A stretch of DNA of 50,703 nt from an uncultured Nitrospinota bacterium (lineage in GTDB: Bacteria; Nitrospinota; Nitrospinia; Nitrospinales; VA-1), in contig CAJQRI010000002.1 in NCBI GenBank assembly GCA_905612265.1, forward strand, positions 1-50,703. Reading direction: 5' to 3'. Numbering within the stretch: position 1 is the first letter of the stretch; the number at the start of each line of letters is the position of its first letter. The notes below the pieces were generated by a model. It was not told where the DNA came from. It searched no databases and saw only the letters and a program-made list of their open reading frames with translations. A program made the position numbers and the translations under genes. Below, piece by piece: positions 9,137 to 18,274 of this stretch.

Positions 9137-9317
9137 AATAGGCGGTTTGGCGCTCATGGTTCTGGGTGGATTCCTTTTTGTCTGGTCAGTAAAATATATT
9201 CAATCCGAATGGCCGCAAATATTTGTGGGTTTACTCTCTGTTTTCAGCGCAGCTATGGGGTTTGCCATTCTCATCATGCCTCTAGATTTACACGAAGACA
9301 ACTCAACACCTGAATAG
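9117..9317 (+). CDS. Small two-helix membrane protein
   Basis: GGAG RBS then GTG; two hydrophobic helices; overlaps the LAB_N stop as in an operon. Confidence 0.6.
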   Translation: MNNWKIRIGGLALMVLGGFLFVWSVKYIQSEWPQIFVGLLSVFSAAMGFAILIMPLDLHEDNSTPE

Positions 9318-9552
9318 CATCGCCTTTCTTCATTTTTCCTCAAAGCCCACCTTATTATTCTTACTCAAAAAGCAAGACAAGCCTTTAGTTAGCAACAGTT
9401 TTGAAAGTTCTTGACATTACCTAACCCGTATGATATTTCTCTACTTTCTTTAATTAATTTCAACCTCAAAAGAGGTTAAAATATTAGAGAATAGAAGTTT
9501 CCCATAGTTGGGAAACGGGTACTTACCGCCTTCTTCTAGGCCTTTCATTTAA

Positions 9553-11646
9553 GTGATGATGAATCAATTTCAAAGTTTCTTCAAGAGCACCTTTTTAAAA
9601 TCCCTTATCTGCCTTATTTTTGTTTATATGCTAGGGCATTTAACCCCATTCATTCCCGCTTCTTTCAGTTCTATCTTTACAAGTCTAAATATTCAGTCCG
9701 TGGCATACGCTGACGAAGATGACGAAGATGACGAAGAAGAAGATGAAGACGATGAAGACGAAGACGATGAGGGAGAAGAAGGAGAAGAAGGAGAACCCGA
9801 AGAAGAGGATCTTTCTTATTTAACTGATATTGGGCCGGCCGCAGAGCACGAATTTGAAGATTACTCATTTCTCGGTATGAGTAATCGCAAGTTCACTTGG
9901 GCAGCGGCTCAGCTACATATACTATTCGCCTCTTTCATTCTAGGGTGTCCGATGTTCGTGGTCATTATGGAAGTTATGGGTGCTAGGCGTACACAAGGCG
10001 TTCGAAAAGCAATCATCCTCTCAAACGTATTTTTAGCGGTTCTTATAGGGGTTGTTATAGGCATCACCGGCGAAGTCATAGTCGGAATCCATCATGGTGT
10101 TTTATATGGTCTATGGGCCTGTGCCTTTGGCGCTCTGATAGTTAGCTTTCTGAACTATTTCCACCGTTTGATGAATATCCGGGCATCGGCCTTTGTTGGA
10201 GCGGTGTTTGGGGCCCTGATTTCTATGGCACTAACACCCGTAGAACATTATGAAGTCTCCGGCATTATTCTCGCTTTGGTCAATGGAGCCGTTGGAGGCT
10301 TGATATCAAATGGCATCATGTTCGCCCAATCAGATTTTAAATTTGAAAGATTGGCTCACGAAATCACCAAGGTCATCGGCATTTGTTATAGTTTTACAGC
10401 ACTAACAGGAGGACTATTCCTCTTCGTTATGCTGGTCGCCTATCAAGACTTCATCACCTATCTCATCTCCTCTTTTCCGACACTTTTCATGGTGGCCTAC
10501 CCCACCCTGTTTATTCTGGAAACAGTGGTTATGTACATCTACGTTTATTCATGGGACCCTCTTAATAAGTCAAATAAAAAAGGGAGGCATATTGTTACAG
10601 GTGTAATTCTAAATGTACTTGGACTTACACTTCTTCTCGCTCTTGACGGCCCTACAACATTCATGCAAACGCCGCCAAAACCCCTTGATCAACTTCTAAA
10701 TATCAGCGAGTGGGATAAGATAGCCAATATGGCCTGGATGCCCTTGAACTATCACAGGCTAGTCGGTAATGGCACTTTTGGTGGGTATATGGTTTGTATC
10801 ATTGGTGCATATATGTACCTTTGGTCAGACAAAACAGAAGAACGAGAATATTATGATTGGGTAGGATACATCGGCAACCTTATTGGCGTTGCCATCATGA
10901 TTCCTCTGCCTGCTATGGGTTATATTTTCGTCCGCGAAATTTACCAATACGATGCAACCATTGGCATGTACATCATGTCTGATCGAGAGTCTATGTTTAT
11001 GCTGGTACAAGGACTTCTGGTCGGAACTATGTTCAGTGCCAGTAATATTTATATGTGGGTCAGTATGAAACGTATAGAAAACGCTGAGAGATTTTTTCCA
11101 GCCATGAAGTTCGGCTTCGTATTGATTGTTATTTCCGCGACAATCTGGTTCACTCCCCGACGTTTTTTCGCCACCATGCTTCCTGAACCCAGTATGAATC
11201 CGGATATGGTTTTGCCCGACAATTTAGCCTTTCTAGCATTGATGATCTCAAAGAATACGGCAGCATTTTGTCTGGTGACCGTTACTTTCATCAACTATAT
11301 TTTCTACACTATCGCTACAAAAACTGGAAAAGTTCATTACGGCAAGATAAATCCATTGGGTCCTTACGTTCTTATTTTCCTCGGGTTCGCTGATATTTGG
11401 CTAATGAGTTGGATGGGTACCATTCGTTCATTATCTAGAATGAACTGGCATGTATATAAGGTGTTCAAAGATGTGACGCCTGAAAAATTTGCACCTAGTC
11501 TGGCTGAGTCAGGCTTTCACGTCACAACATTAGTCTGGACATTTTTCATTCTGATGACAGCCATTATCTGGGTCGGAATCAAATACCCAAAAACCAAAAA
11601 GAAAGAAACTGAGCCTACGCAAGCAGCACCGCAAATGGCCGAATAA
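9553..11646 (+). CDS. Cytochrome bd-like oxidase subunit I-family membrane protein with N-terminal acidic tract
   Basis: AQLHILFASFILGCP, FILE..MYIY.YSWD, TFMQTP, W.PLNYHRLVGN motifs correspond to CydA-like heme-ligand regions; many TM helices; followed by a diheme cytochrome c instead of cydB. Confidence 0.8.
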   Translation: MMMNQFQSFFKSTFLKSLICLIFVYMLGHLTPFIPASFSSIFTSLNIQSVAYADEDDEDDEEEDEDDEDEDDEGEEGEEGEPEEEDLSYLTDIGPAAEHEFEDYSFLGMSNRKFTWAAAQLHILFASFILGCPMFVVIMEVMGARRTQGVRKAIILSNVFLAVLIGVVIGITGEVIVGIHHGVLYGLWACAFGALIVSFLNYFHRLMNIRASAFVGAVFGALISMALTPVEHYEVSGIILALVNGAVGGLISNGIMFAQSDFKFERLAHEITKVIGICYSFTALTGGLFLFVMLVAYQDFITYLISSFPTLFMVAYPTLFILETVVMYIYVYSWDPLNKSNKKGRHIVTGVILNVLGLTLLLALDGPTTFMQTPPKPLDQLLNISEWDKIANMAWMPLNYHRLVGNGTFGGYMVCIIGAYMYLWSDKTEEREYYDWVGYIGNLIGVAIMIPLPAMGYIFVREIYQYDATIGMYIMSDRESMFMLVQGLLVGTMFSASNIYMWVSMKRIENAERFFPAMKFGFVLIVISATIWFTPRRFFATMLPEPSMNPDMVLPDNLAFLALMISKNTAAFCLVTVTFINYIFYTIATKTGKVHYGKINPLGPYVLIFLGFADIWLMSWMGTIRSLSRMNWHVYKVFKDVTPEKFAPSLAESGFHVTTLVWTFFILMTAIIWVGIKYPKTKKKETEPTQAAPQMAE
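9712..9810 (+). repeat. Low-complexity GAN-codon tract encoding a 33-aa Asp/Glu run
   Basis: DEDDEDDEEEDEDDEDEDDEGEEGEEGEPEEED (29 of 33 residues acidic). Confidence 0.9.
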
Positions 11647-11669
11647 GATTTTTCAGGAGCAAATGATTA

Positions 11670-12929
11670 ATGAAAATTGATTTTATCATTGTTGGCTTAA
11701 TTGCTGCATTGAGTGGTCTGTACGCGCTTTACAGCACTTTTGGAGTTGTGGGAGCTTGTGCCGGTTTGGCAGTGATGGTAACTTATGTCCTGCTCCTCAA
11801 GGTCAAATCCAAAAAACCACAAGAAAAAACTCTTTCGCAGAATATTCGATTTAAACTCCCAATTACTATCGTCATAGCCGGCGGTATTTGGTTTCTGGCT
11901 GGAAAATTCAACTTCCCTATTTGGTGGCAAATAGAATTTGTGTCTTTCGCTTTTGTGGGCTTCTTTTTCTTTGCGCTTTTGGACTCGAAGACACTAAAAC
12001 TGGAAAAATCAAACTTTGATTGGATAAAGCGACTTCTTGCTACCTACGCACTTGCCTCCACAATATTTATTGGAGTGACAGCACAACTTCCACAGTTTGA
12101 CCCTGAATATGAGCTTACCAAGCTTAACAGGCCTCCCGTTGTGTTAAGCGGTCTGGCAGGACCTGAAGTCATTGCAGCTGGACGCGAAGTATTCGAAAAC
12201 AATAAATGTTTTAACTGTCATAAAGTGTTCTGGGAAGGTAACTCAGACCGTGGACCGAATCTAGGTACTAAACAGATTGGTCTTTACGCTGAAGACTATA
12301 TTAAAGAGCAGATCCTTGATCCCCGCATAAAACAGTCACCAGGATTTGATGATCCTAAGTCGAAAAAAGCTATGCCAACTTATTATGGCGATGATATAGG
12401 TGATGATGAAATGATAGCTCTTGTTTCATATTTAAAAACTATGCGTGATCCGACTCATATGCCGGTTGAGGGAAAGTTTGGCGCGCAATGGACTTGGTGG
12501 GATGATAAAGACATACTTGCTGAAGGTCAACAGGTGTTTGAAGGTGTTCACCCTGCCACAGAAGGGCTCAGTTGTGCAGTTTGTCACGGTAAAGATGGTA
12601 CTCCAATGATGACTGGGGCTCTCGATTTTAGAGATGAAAACAATAAGGACACTGATAAAATTGAAGGCGATCATACCGACAAGTTGCTAAAAGACTGGCC
12701 GGATGACCTTTGGTATCGCCGAGTTACACGTGGTGTTCCCAATACGCCTATGGCTCCCTGGGGAATGATTTTTGAGCATCTTTATCTCTGGAAGGCAGAA
12801 GCTTATGCCCGAACATTTCATGATCCTTTTGACAAACGTACAGCCAAACGGCCTGTACCACCCGTCCCTACGAAAGAAGATGTTGCAAACTGGACATCCA
12901 AAGAGATGTTCCTCGATCCATTGCTCTAA
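11670..12929 (+). CDS. Membrane-anchored diheme c-type cytochrome
   Basis: AGGAG RBS; about five N-terminal TM helices; CFNCH..GPNL..AMP and CAVCH..PMAPW class I heme c domains. Confidence 0.88.
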   Translation: MKIDFIIVGLIAALSGLYALYSTFGVVGACAGLAVMVTYVLLLKVKSKKPQEKTLSQNIRFKLPITIVIAGGIWFLAGKFNFPIWWQIEFVSFAFVGFFFFALLDSKTLKLEKSNFDWIKRLLATYALASTIFIGVTAQLPQFDPEYELTKLNRPPVVLSGLAGPEVIAAGREVFENNKCFNCHKVFWEGNSDRGPNLGTKQIGLYAEDYIKEQILDPRIKQSPGFDDPKSKKAMPTYYGDDIGDDEMIALVSYLKTMRDPTHMPVEGKFGAQWTWWDDKDILAEGQQVFEGVHPATEGLSCAVCHGKDGTPMMTGALDFRDENNKDTDKIEGDHTDKLLKDWPDDLWYRRVTRGVPNTPMAPWGMIFEHLYLWKAEAYARTFHDPFDKRTAKRPVPPVPTKEDVANWTSKEMFLDPLL

Positions 12930-12947
12930 AGTAATTTATAAAACACG

Positions 12948-12985
12948 TAAAGCCGATCCCGTTTAACGGGGTCGGCTTTATTTTT
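12948..12985 (+). terminator. Rho-independent terminator
   Basis: TAAAGCCGATCCCG-TTTAA-CGGGGTCGGCTTTA followed by TTTTT, just after the cytochrome c stop. Confidence 0.85.
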
Positions 12986-13059
12986 GCCTGATCGACAAAA
13001 CCCACACGGGTTTGCTAGAATGATGTTACTGTTTAGTTTGACCCTCTTTGGAGATTGTA

Positions 13060-13539
13060 ATGAGTAAAATTGATGTTTTTATAAAAGAAAACCTGCTGGA
13101 GAATGGAACCATCCTTCTTCTTCGAGATAAATACATAGGAATACGTGGCTGCATGGAACTTGCAACAAAAGAACAATTAAAAACCGTCATACAGCTAATT
13201 GTACCGGGAAACCAGATTGCAGATGAAGGGCTAGAGGCTCTTGCCGCCTCTCCTCATTTGGGAAACCTGGAAGTTCTCAACATCAACCACAACGATATTG
13301 GTGATGACGGTGCAGTAGCCTTGGCAAACTCACAAAACCTGCCAAAATTAAAGAATGTCACCATGTTTGGAAATGTAGTGGGAGATATTGGAGCTCAGGC
13401 TTTTGCCAATTCTCCGACCAGCAAGAAATACGTCAAGTTTGATCTCTATAAAAACCAATATACTGAGATCGGCTATAAAGCTCTTACTGAATCAGAGAAC
13501 CTTAAAAACTGTGAGGAACTGGAGGTTTATCGGGACTAA
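13060..13539 (+). CDS. Short leucine-rich-repeat protein (RI-like)
   Basis: GGAG RBS before ATG 13060; repeats NQIADEGLEALA, LEVLNINHNDIGDDGAVALA, NVVGDIGAQAFA. Confidence 0.8.
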   Translation: MSKIDVFIKENLLENGTILLLRDKYIGIRGCMELATKEQLKTVIQLIVPGNQIADEGLEALAASPHLGNLEVLNINHNDIGDDGAVALANSQNLPKLKNVTMFGNVVGDIGAQAFANSPTSKKYVKFDLYKNQYTEIGYKALTESENLKNCEELEVYRD

Positions 13540-13546
13540 TGCAGCT

Positions 13547-13831
13547 TCAACCTTTCGCGCTCCATTCAGCAGTATCAAAAGTTTTGACCTGCAAGGCGTG
13601 AATGAGTTTGGGAGTGCCTGTCATTTCCACGTCGAGGGCTTTGTGAACCAGCCTAATTCGGTCCATGACATTGAGTTTTTCGAATTGTGGTGAGACGACA
13701 ACGATTGAATAATGTCCACCGCCTCCGGCAGCTTTGTGCCCTCGGTGCAAGTGGCTCTCATCGATGATCTCTACATGTTCTGCAGCAATTTTATCCTTGA
13801 GATTGTCATTGATTATTTCTGCGGTATCCAT
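13547..13831 (-). CDS. bolA: BolA family protein
   Basis: DESHLHRGH, GGGHY.I.VVS..F, R.RLVH.AL, IHALQ.KT. Confidence 0.9.
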   Translation of the reverse strand: MDTAEIINDNLKDKIAAEHVEIIDESHLHRGHKAAGGGGHYSIVVVSPQFEKLNVMDRIRLVHKALDVEMTGTPKLIHALQVKTFDTAEWSAKG

Positions 13832-13864
13832 ATGATTTTAAAGTCTTTTTTGTATTGTTAAATG

Positions 13865-14080
13865 TTATTCGGGAGGCTTGGATCGAAGTCCAATGTCCGG
13901 AAAGTCTTTAAACTGGTTTAGGTTATCCTGAAATTTTTGGAAAGCCTTATGCTCGCTTTCATCCATCAGTTTTGTTCGGCAACGAGCACAAACGGGTACT
14001 TTACCCGAATCGCAATTTCGAATCCTGTTTTTGACTCCACATTGCGGACAAGGTATGATGGCTAAATTGGGATCACTCAT
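13865..14080 (-). CDS. Small zinc-ribbon protein (TrxC N-terminal-like, no thioredoxin domain)
   Basis: CPQCGVKNRI....PVCARC. Confidence 0.7.
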   Translation of the reverse strand: MSDPNLAIIPCPQCGVKNRIRNCDSGKVPVCARCRTKLMDESEHKAFQKFQDNLNQFKDFPDIGLRSKPPE

Positions 14081-14142
14081 AATTTATCTTAACAAACCTA
14101 CACTCGAAATTAAAAGAGTTCTTATAACTTTTCGATAAAAAA

Positions 14143-14415
14143 ATGTTTTTCTTTCAACAAGTCGGCCCCAGTCAGAAGATCCCTTTCACAACTAAGTTGG
14201 CCTTGGTTTTTTGGGTCATCCTTAGTCTAGCTCTGTTGTCATTTTTTGCGTTCGGTATTTTTTTAGTTGCCTTGATGGTGGGTCTGTTTTTATTTGCAAC
14301 AAAGCTATTCCAGAAAACAAAACGACCCAATTCAATCCCCTACCCTAGTACACAAACTCGGCCCTATACAACACCCCGGAACATAAAAGATGGTGATGAC
14401 GTCATAGATATCTAG
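14143..14415 (+). CDS. Hypothetical small membrane protein
   Basis: Long hydrophobic stretch and a C-terminal DDVIDI motif typical of small membrane proteins. Confidence 0.6.
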   Translation: MFFFQQVGPSQKIPFTTKLALVFWVILSLALLSFFAFGIFLVALMVGLFLFATKLFQKTKRPNSIPYPSTQTRPYTTPRNIKDGDDVIDI

Positions 14416-14471
14416 AAGGTTGCTAAAAAACTCCTGAAATTGTCATCCTTAAGAAGTCGAAGGATCTCGCT

Positions 14472-15866
14472 TTATTTCTTCTGTCTTTTATAGATATGGG
14501 TGGCCTCTCCGTAAAATACCTCAGCACTTTCCATGATAGTTTCAGAAAGAGTTGGATGTGGGTGGATGGAATGCGCCAGATCTTTTGCTTTTAAACCATT
14601 ATCGACCGCCAAGACGCCCTCCCCGATCAATTCTCCAGCCCCAACACCTGTTATGCCCATCCCCAAAACTTGTTCTGTATCCGGGGCAAGGATCAACTTG
14701 GTCACACCATCCGGCCGACCCAAGGTCTGGGCTCTTCCTGATGCTCCCCAAGGGAATTTCGCAATCTGAACCTTCATATCTTTGTTTTTAGCTTCCGTTT
14801 CGGTCAATCCGCACCATGCAATTTCTGGATCAGTAAAAACTACTGCAGGGATAGTGCGTGCATTTTGACTGGGTTCATAACCTGTTAGAATCCCAACCAC
14901 ATCTTTTCCCTCTGCAGATGCTTTATGAGCCAGCATGGCACCACCAATAACATCACCAATGGCAAAGATGGAGGATTCATCAGTTTGAAATTTTGCATCC
15001 ACCTGAATAAAACCATGACCATCTGTCTTAACACCTGTGGACTCCAGGCCAATATCTACCGTGTTGGGTTTTCTGCCTACCGCTACCAAAATTCGATCAT
15101 AACTAGAAGCCTTAACTTCGCCTTCAAATTGAACCACAATCCTGTTATCTTTCAACTCGCAGGAAACAACCTTGGTATTTAAATAAATATTGTGGAATTG
15201 CGATTTAAGTCTTGTAAACAAAGGACGAACCAGGTCACGATCCACCCCCGTCAACAAGTCACCAGTCATTTCCACCACCGACACTTGACTGCCCAGAGAG
15301 GAATAAACAGTTCCCATTTCCAGTCCAATATATCCACCGCCAACCACCAATAAGCGCTCTGGAACTTCTTCCAGCTCAAGCGCTGAAGTTGAAGTTAGAA
15401 TACGGTCACCGATTTCGGAGAATAATGGCGGGCAAATTGGCTGAGAACCTGTTGCCAGAATACAATGATCAAAGCTCAACCGATCTTTATCGTTGATGAT
15501 AAGATTATTGCCATCAAGAAACCGAGCTCTTCCATTTACAAACTTCACTCCACGTTGTTTGCAAAGAGAAATCAGTCCATTGGACATTTTATTAATAATC
15601 TCACGATTCCATTCTCGAACCCGATTCAAATCAATTTCAGGAGCTTGGAATTTCAAACCACAAGTCTCCGCATTGCGTGTCTCCTCTATCAATCGAGAAA
15701 AATGTAGTAGAGACTTGGATGGAATACAACCTCTATGCAGACACACTCCACCCGGCTTCGAGTTCTCATCAATGAGAGTCACGCTCATACCGCGGTCGGC
15801 CGCAAGAAATGCAGCTGTATAGCCTCCAGGGCCAGCACCAAGAATGGTTATTGTTTGTTCAGTCAC
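14472..15866 (-). CDS. lpdA: Dihydrolipoyl dehydrogenase
   Basis: GAGPGGY, GGVCLHRGCIPSK, GGGYIGLE, MLAHKA, HPHPTLSE. Confidence 0.95.
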   Translation of the reverse strand: MTEQTITILGAGPGGYTAAFLAADRGMSVTLIDENSKPGGVCLHRGCIPSKSLLHFSRLIEETRNAETCGLKFQAPEIDLNRVREWNREIINKMSNGLISLCKQRGVKFVNGRARFLDGNNLIINDKDRLSFDHCILATGSQPICPPLFSEIGDRILTSTSALELEEVPERLLVVGGGYIGLEMGTVYSSLGSQVSVVEMTGDLLTGVDRDLVRPLFTRLKSQFHNIYLNTKVVSCELKDNRIVVQFEGEVKASSYDRILVAVGRKPNTVDIGLESTGVKTDGHGFIQVDAKFQTDESSIFAIGDVIGGAMLAHKASAEGKDVVGILTGYEPSQNARTIPAVVFTDPEIAWCGLTETEAKNKDMKVQIAKFPWGASGRAQTLGRPDGVTKLILAPDTEQVLGMGITGVGAGELIGEGVLAVDNGLKAKDLAHSIHPHPTLSETIMESAEVFYGEATHIYKRQKK

Positions 15867-15877
15867 TGATATATTCC

Positions 15878-16468
15878 CTAACGATGTCGTTTACGGCTCA
15901 GCTGTTCCCAAACCTTTGGTTCAGCTTTAGAACCTGCCTTGCCAAACATATAATGAAAAAGCTTTTGCGCATCCTGTTTGTCAACATATTCACCAATAAG
16001 TCGAGAGACAACAGACTCTTCTATCTGCAAAAAGGGTTGCAGTTGTTTGCCAACCTTTTTCACAATCTGAAGGTTGCTCAAGTTTGAAGCGGGCTTGCCA
16101 TGAGGAACAGACTCTTTACATTTTTCGTTCGCACTTTTAGAATCGGAACTACCTGTTATAGTAAAAAGTGGCTTCTTGTTTAAGTCCTTATAACCAATGA
16201 AATAAGACAGAGCGAACCCAGGTTCGGTAGCACTTAATAATTCAAGATCGCTTTGAACCTTTAATATCAATTTTTCCGAATCAACGGGAGAGTCACAATC
16301 CTTCCATTGCCACATATTATCGTCAACTAAAACCAAAACTCCGAGTTCTGTAAGGTGTCGTATAAAGGATTCTGTAACGTCTTCCTTCAAATCATCGAAA
16401 AGGATAAACTCCATAAAAAATCTTATCCATTTAGGTCTTTCCATTGTGCTTGAATAATTTTTTTTCAT
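15878..16468 (-). CDS. Hypothetical protein
   Basis: 196-aa ORF with AGGGG RBS, tightly packed between the MOSC gene and lpdA; no motif recognised. Confidence 0.6.
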   Translation of the reverse strand: MKKNYSSTMERPKWIRFFMEFILFDDLKEDVTESFIRHLTELGVLVLVDDNMWQWKDCDSPVDSEKLILKVQSDLELLSATEPGFALSYFIGYKDLNKKPLFTITGSSDSKSANEKCKESVPHGKPASNLSNLQIVKKVGKQLQPFLQIEESVVSRLIGEYVDKQDAQKLFHYMFGKAGSKAEPKVWEQLSRKRHR

Positions 16469-16500
16469 AAACTATCCCCTGGAAGCTATATAAATAGCAC

Positions 16501-17166
16501 TCATATCGCTGATGATTCTTTGTCAGAGTTTAATCTATTTAAACGCTTTTGAAGCATTCCCCTCCAGTCATCTGACAATTCCGGAAGAGAAATTAATTCT
16601 TGCATTTGTTCCTCATTTGCCCCCCCCTTACGTAAGAGAGCATTGGCTTTTTCAATTGAAAATGAGCCTTTTTGAATTTTTTTCACGAGCGAACCAGGTT
16701 CTACCAAACCAGGTTTAAGAACCCTAAAGTAGTACCCGCTGAAACCAGTTGTCTTTACACTGCAGGCCATGCTCTGGTCTTTAAACACTTTATTTAGTTT
16801 AAAACAAGGCTGGCGAGGTTGTGAGACTTGGACCTGAGCCGCTCCCATTTTAAAAATATCTCCAATATTAACTTCTGTTTCAAGCATGCCCAACAGGCTT
16901 AGGTTTTCTCCAAAGGAGCCGGGTAAGAATTCACGCAGCAACTTATCAGTCCAATAAGAGAAATGTTCAGTGCAGTAGGCACATACAGCCTTATCCACTC
17001 CACCATGGATTTTGCAGCTTCCAACACCATCACCTTCAAATCCTTGATAGTCCAAAAATGTAGATTGGGTAACAGGTAACTTGAAATAACCTGATCTGAC
17101 TTTATTGGGACCCCCATCTAGGGAAACGCGGGAAGGAGAAACAATATTAATGGAAATAATCTTCAT
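16501..17166 (-). CDS. MOSC domain protein (YiiM-like)
   Basis: HGGVDKAV, GSFGEN, IGDIF, VSQPRQPCFKL, SGYYFRVLKPG, C-terminal 3-alpha segment. Confidence 0.9.
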   Translation of the reverse strand: MKIISINIVSPSRVSLDGGPNKVRSGYFKLPVTQSTFLDYQGFEGDGVGSCKIHGGVDKAVCAYCTEHFSYWTDKLLREFLPGSFGENLSLLGMLETEVNIGDIFKMGAAQVQVSQPRQPCFKLNKVFKDQSMACSVKTTGFSGYYFRVLKPGLVEPGSLVKKIQKGSFSIEKANALLRKGGANEEQMQELISLPELSDDWRGMLQKRLNRLNSDKESSAI

Positions 17167-17280
17167 TTTTTTAACTTCTTTAAACTCTCAAAAAGATGAC
17201 TAAATAAGTCCTAAACCACCAAAGTGTAGGAGTTAAGCTTATCATTTTTAAAAATGGTTATAAATATTACCCTTAAAGCT

Positions 17281-18252
17281 TTAAGGCATCCAAAGGTATA
17301 AAAAGTGAGGGCTTAGAGTACTTCTATCTAATCCTAGATCCAAGTTGATCAGGTTAAAGGTAGGAGGTTGTGGGGAAAATGAGTAAAGATTAGATTTATA
17401 ATCCCCTTGGCGATGATAGGTAATAACTTTAAGGTTAGGATTTTTAAGTTTCAGCCTGATCCGTTCTACGGTATCCGAGATATAACCAATTCCATCAATC
17501 AGGTTGAGGTCCATAGCTTGTTTTGAGTCAAAAACACGTCCATCAGCAAGCGGTTTTACTTCATCTATATCAAGCTCTTTTCTGTTTTCAGCAATAATGG
17601 TGACAAAACGCGTATGAAAATTATCAATGGTATTCTGAAAAAGTTTTTTTTCTTCAACTGTGAAAGAACGAAATGGAGACATGAAATCTTTCTTATCTCC
17701 AGATTTCACAATCTCCCACTCCACACCAATTTTTTCCATCAGGTTTTCCATATTCACTTTAAGTGCTATCACACCGATACTGCCAATCAAAGAGGTTGGG
17801 TGCGCAATTATTTCATCCCCAGCGAGAGCGATATAATATCCACCAGAAGCGGCAAGGTCGACAACATGCACATAAACAGGAATTTTATACTTTTCCTTAT
17901 AGGTCACCAGTTCATGAAGAATGATATCGCTCGCAGTAACTGTGCCACCAGGGCTATTCATCTTAATTAAAAGAGCCTTGATGTCATCATCCTTCGCCGC
18001 CTTGGAAATAATTTCTCGGACCTGTTCAACCATACCCAATGCTGTCGTAGCGCCTGTGAATGCTTGATCTTTTTGATTGTTAATTACACCCTGCAAATTG
18101 ATCAGGAGGATTTTCTCAGCCCCCTCTCCCTCTAAAAGGGTTTCTTTCAAAGGACCCATGGACGGCCCTAGGTTAAAGGACGCACAGGCACTGTTAAAAA
18201 AAACAGCACAAAATAGAAACAAGCCATATTGAATGAGTTTAAAGCTTTTCAT
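17281..18252 (-). CDS. sppA: Signal peptide peptidase SppA (36K type, S49)
   Basis: NSPGG, AASGGYY, GSIGV, KSGDKKD, DGRVF; start moved to ATG 18252 (lipoprotein-like signal FNSAC) to avoid overlap with the upstream gene. Confidence 0.92.
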   Translation of the reverse strand: MKSFKLIQYGLFLFCAVFFNSACASFNLGPSMGPLKETLLEGEGAEKILLINLQGVINNQKDQAFTGATTALGMVEQVREIISKAAKDDDIKALLIKMNSPGGTVTASDIILHELVTYKEKYKIPVYVHVVDLAASGGYYIALAGDEIIAHPTSLIGSIGVIALKVNMENLMEKIGVEWEIVKSGDKKDFMSPFRSFTVEEKKLFQNTIDNFHTRFVTIIAENRKELDIDEVKPLADGRVFDSKQAMDLNLIDGIGYISDTVERIRLKLKNPNLKVITYHRQGDYKSNLYSFSPQPPTFNLINLDLGLDRSTLSPHFLYLWMP

Positions 18253-18274
18253 TTCCAAAAATTTAAAATAGGCG

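Noticed and set aside
9462-9477. Palindrome AACCTC-AAAA-GAGGTT and similar GACCT-N5-AGGTC at 50581-50595 as a shared operator
   Set aside because: Different spacing and only two instances; cannot support a regulon motif.
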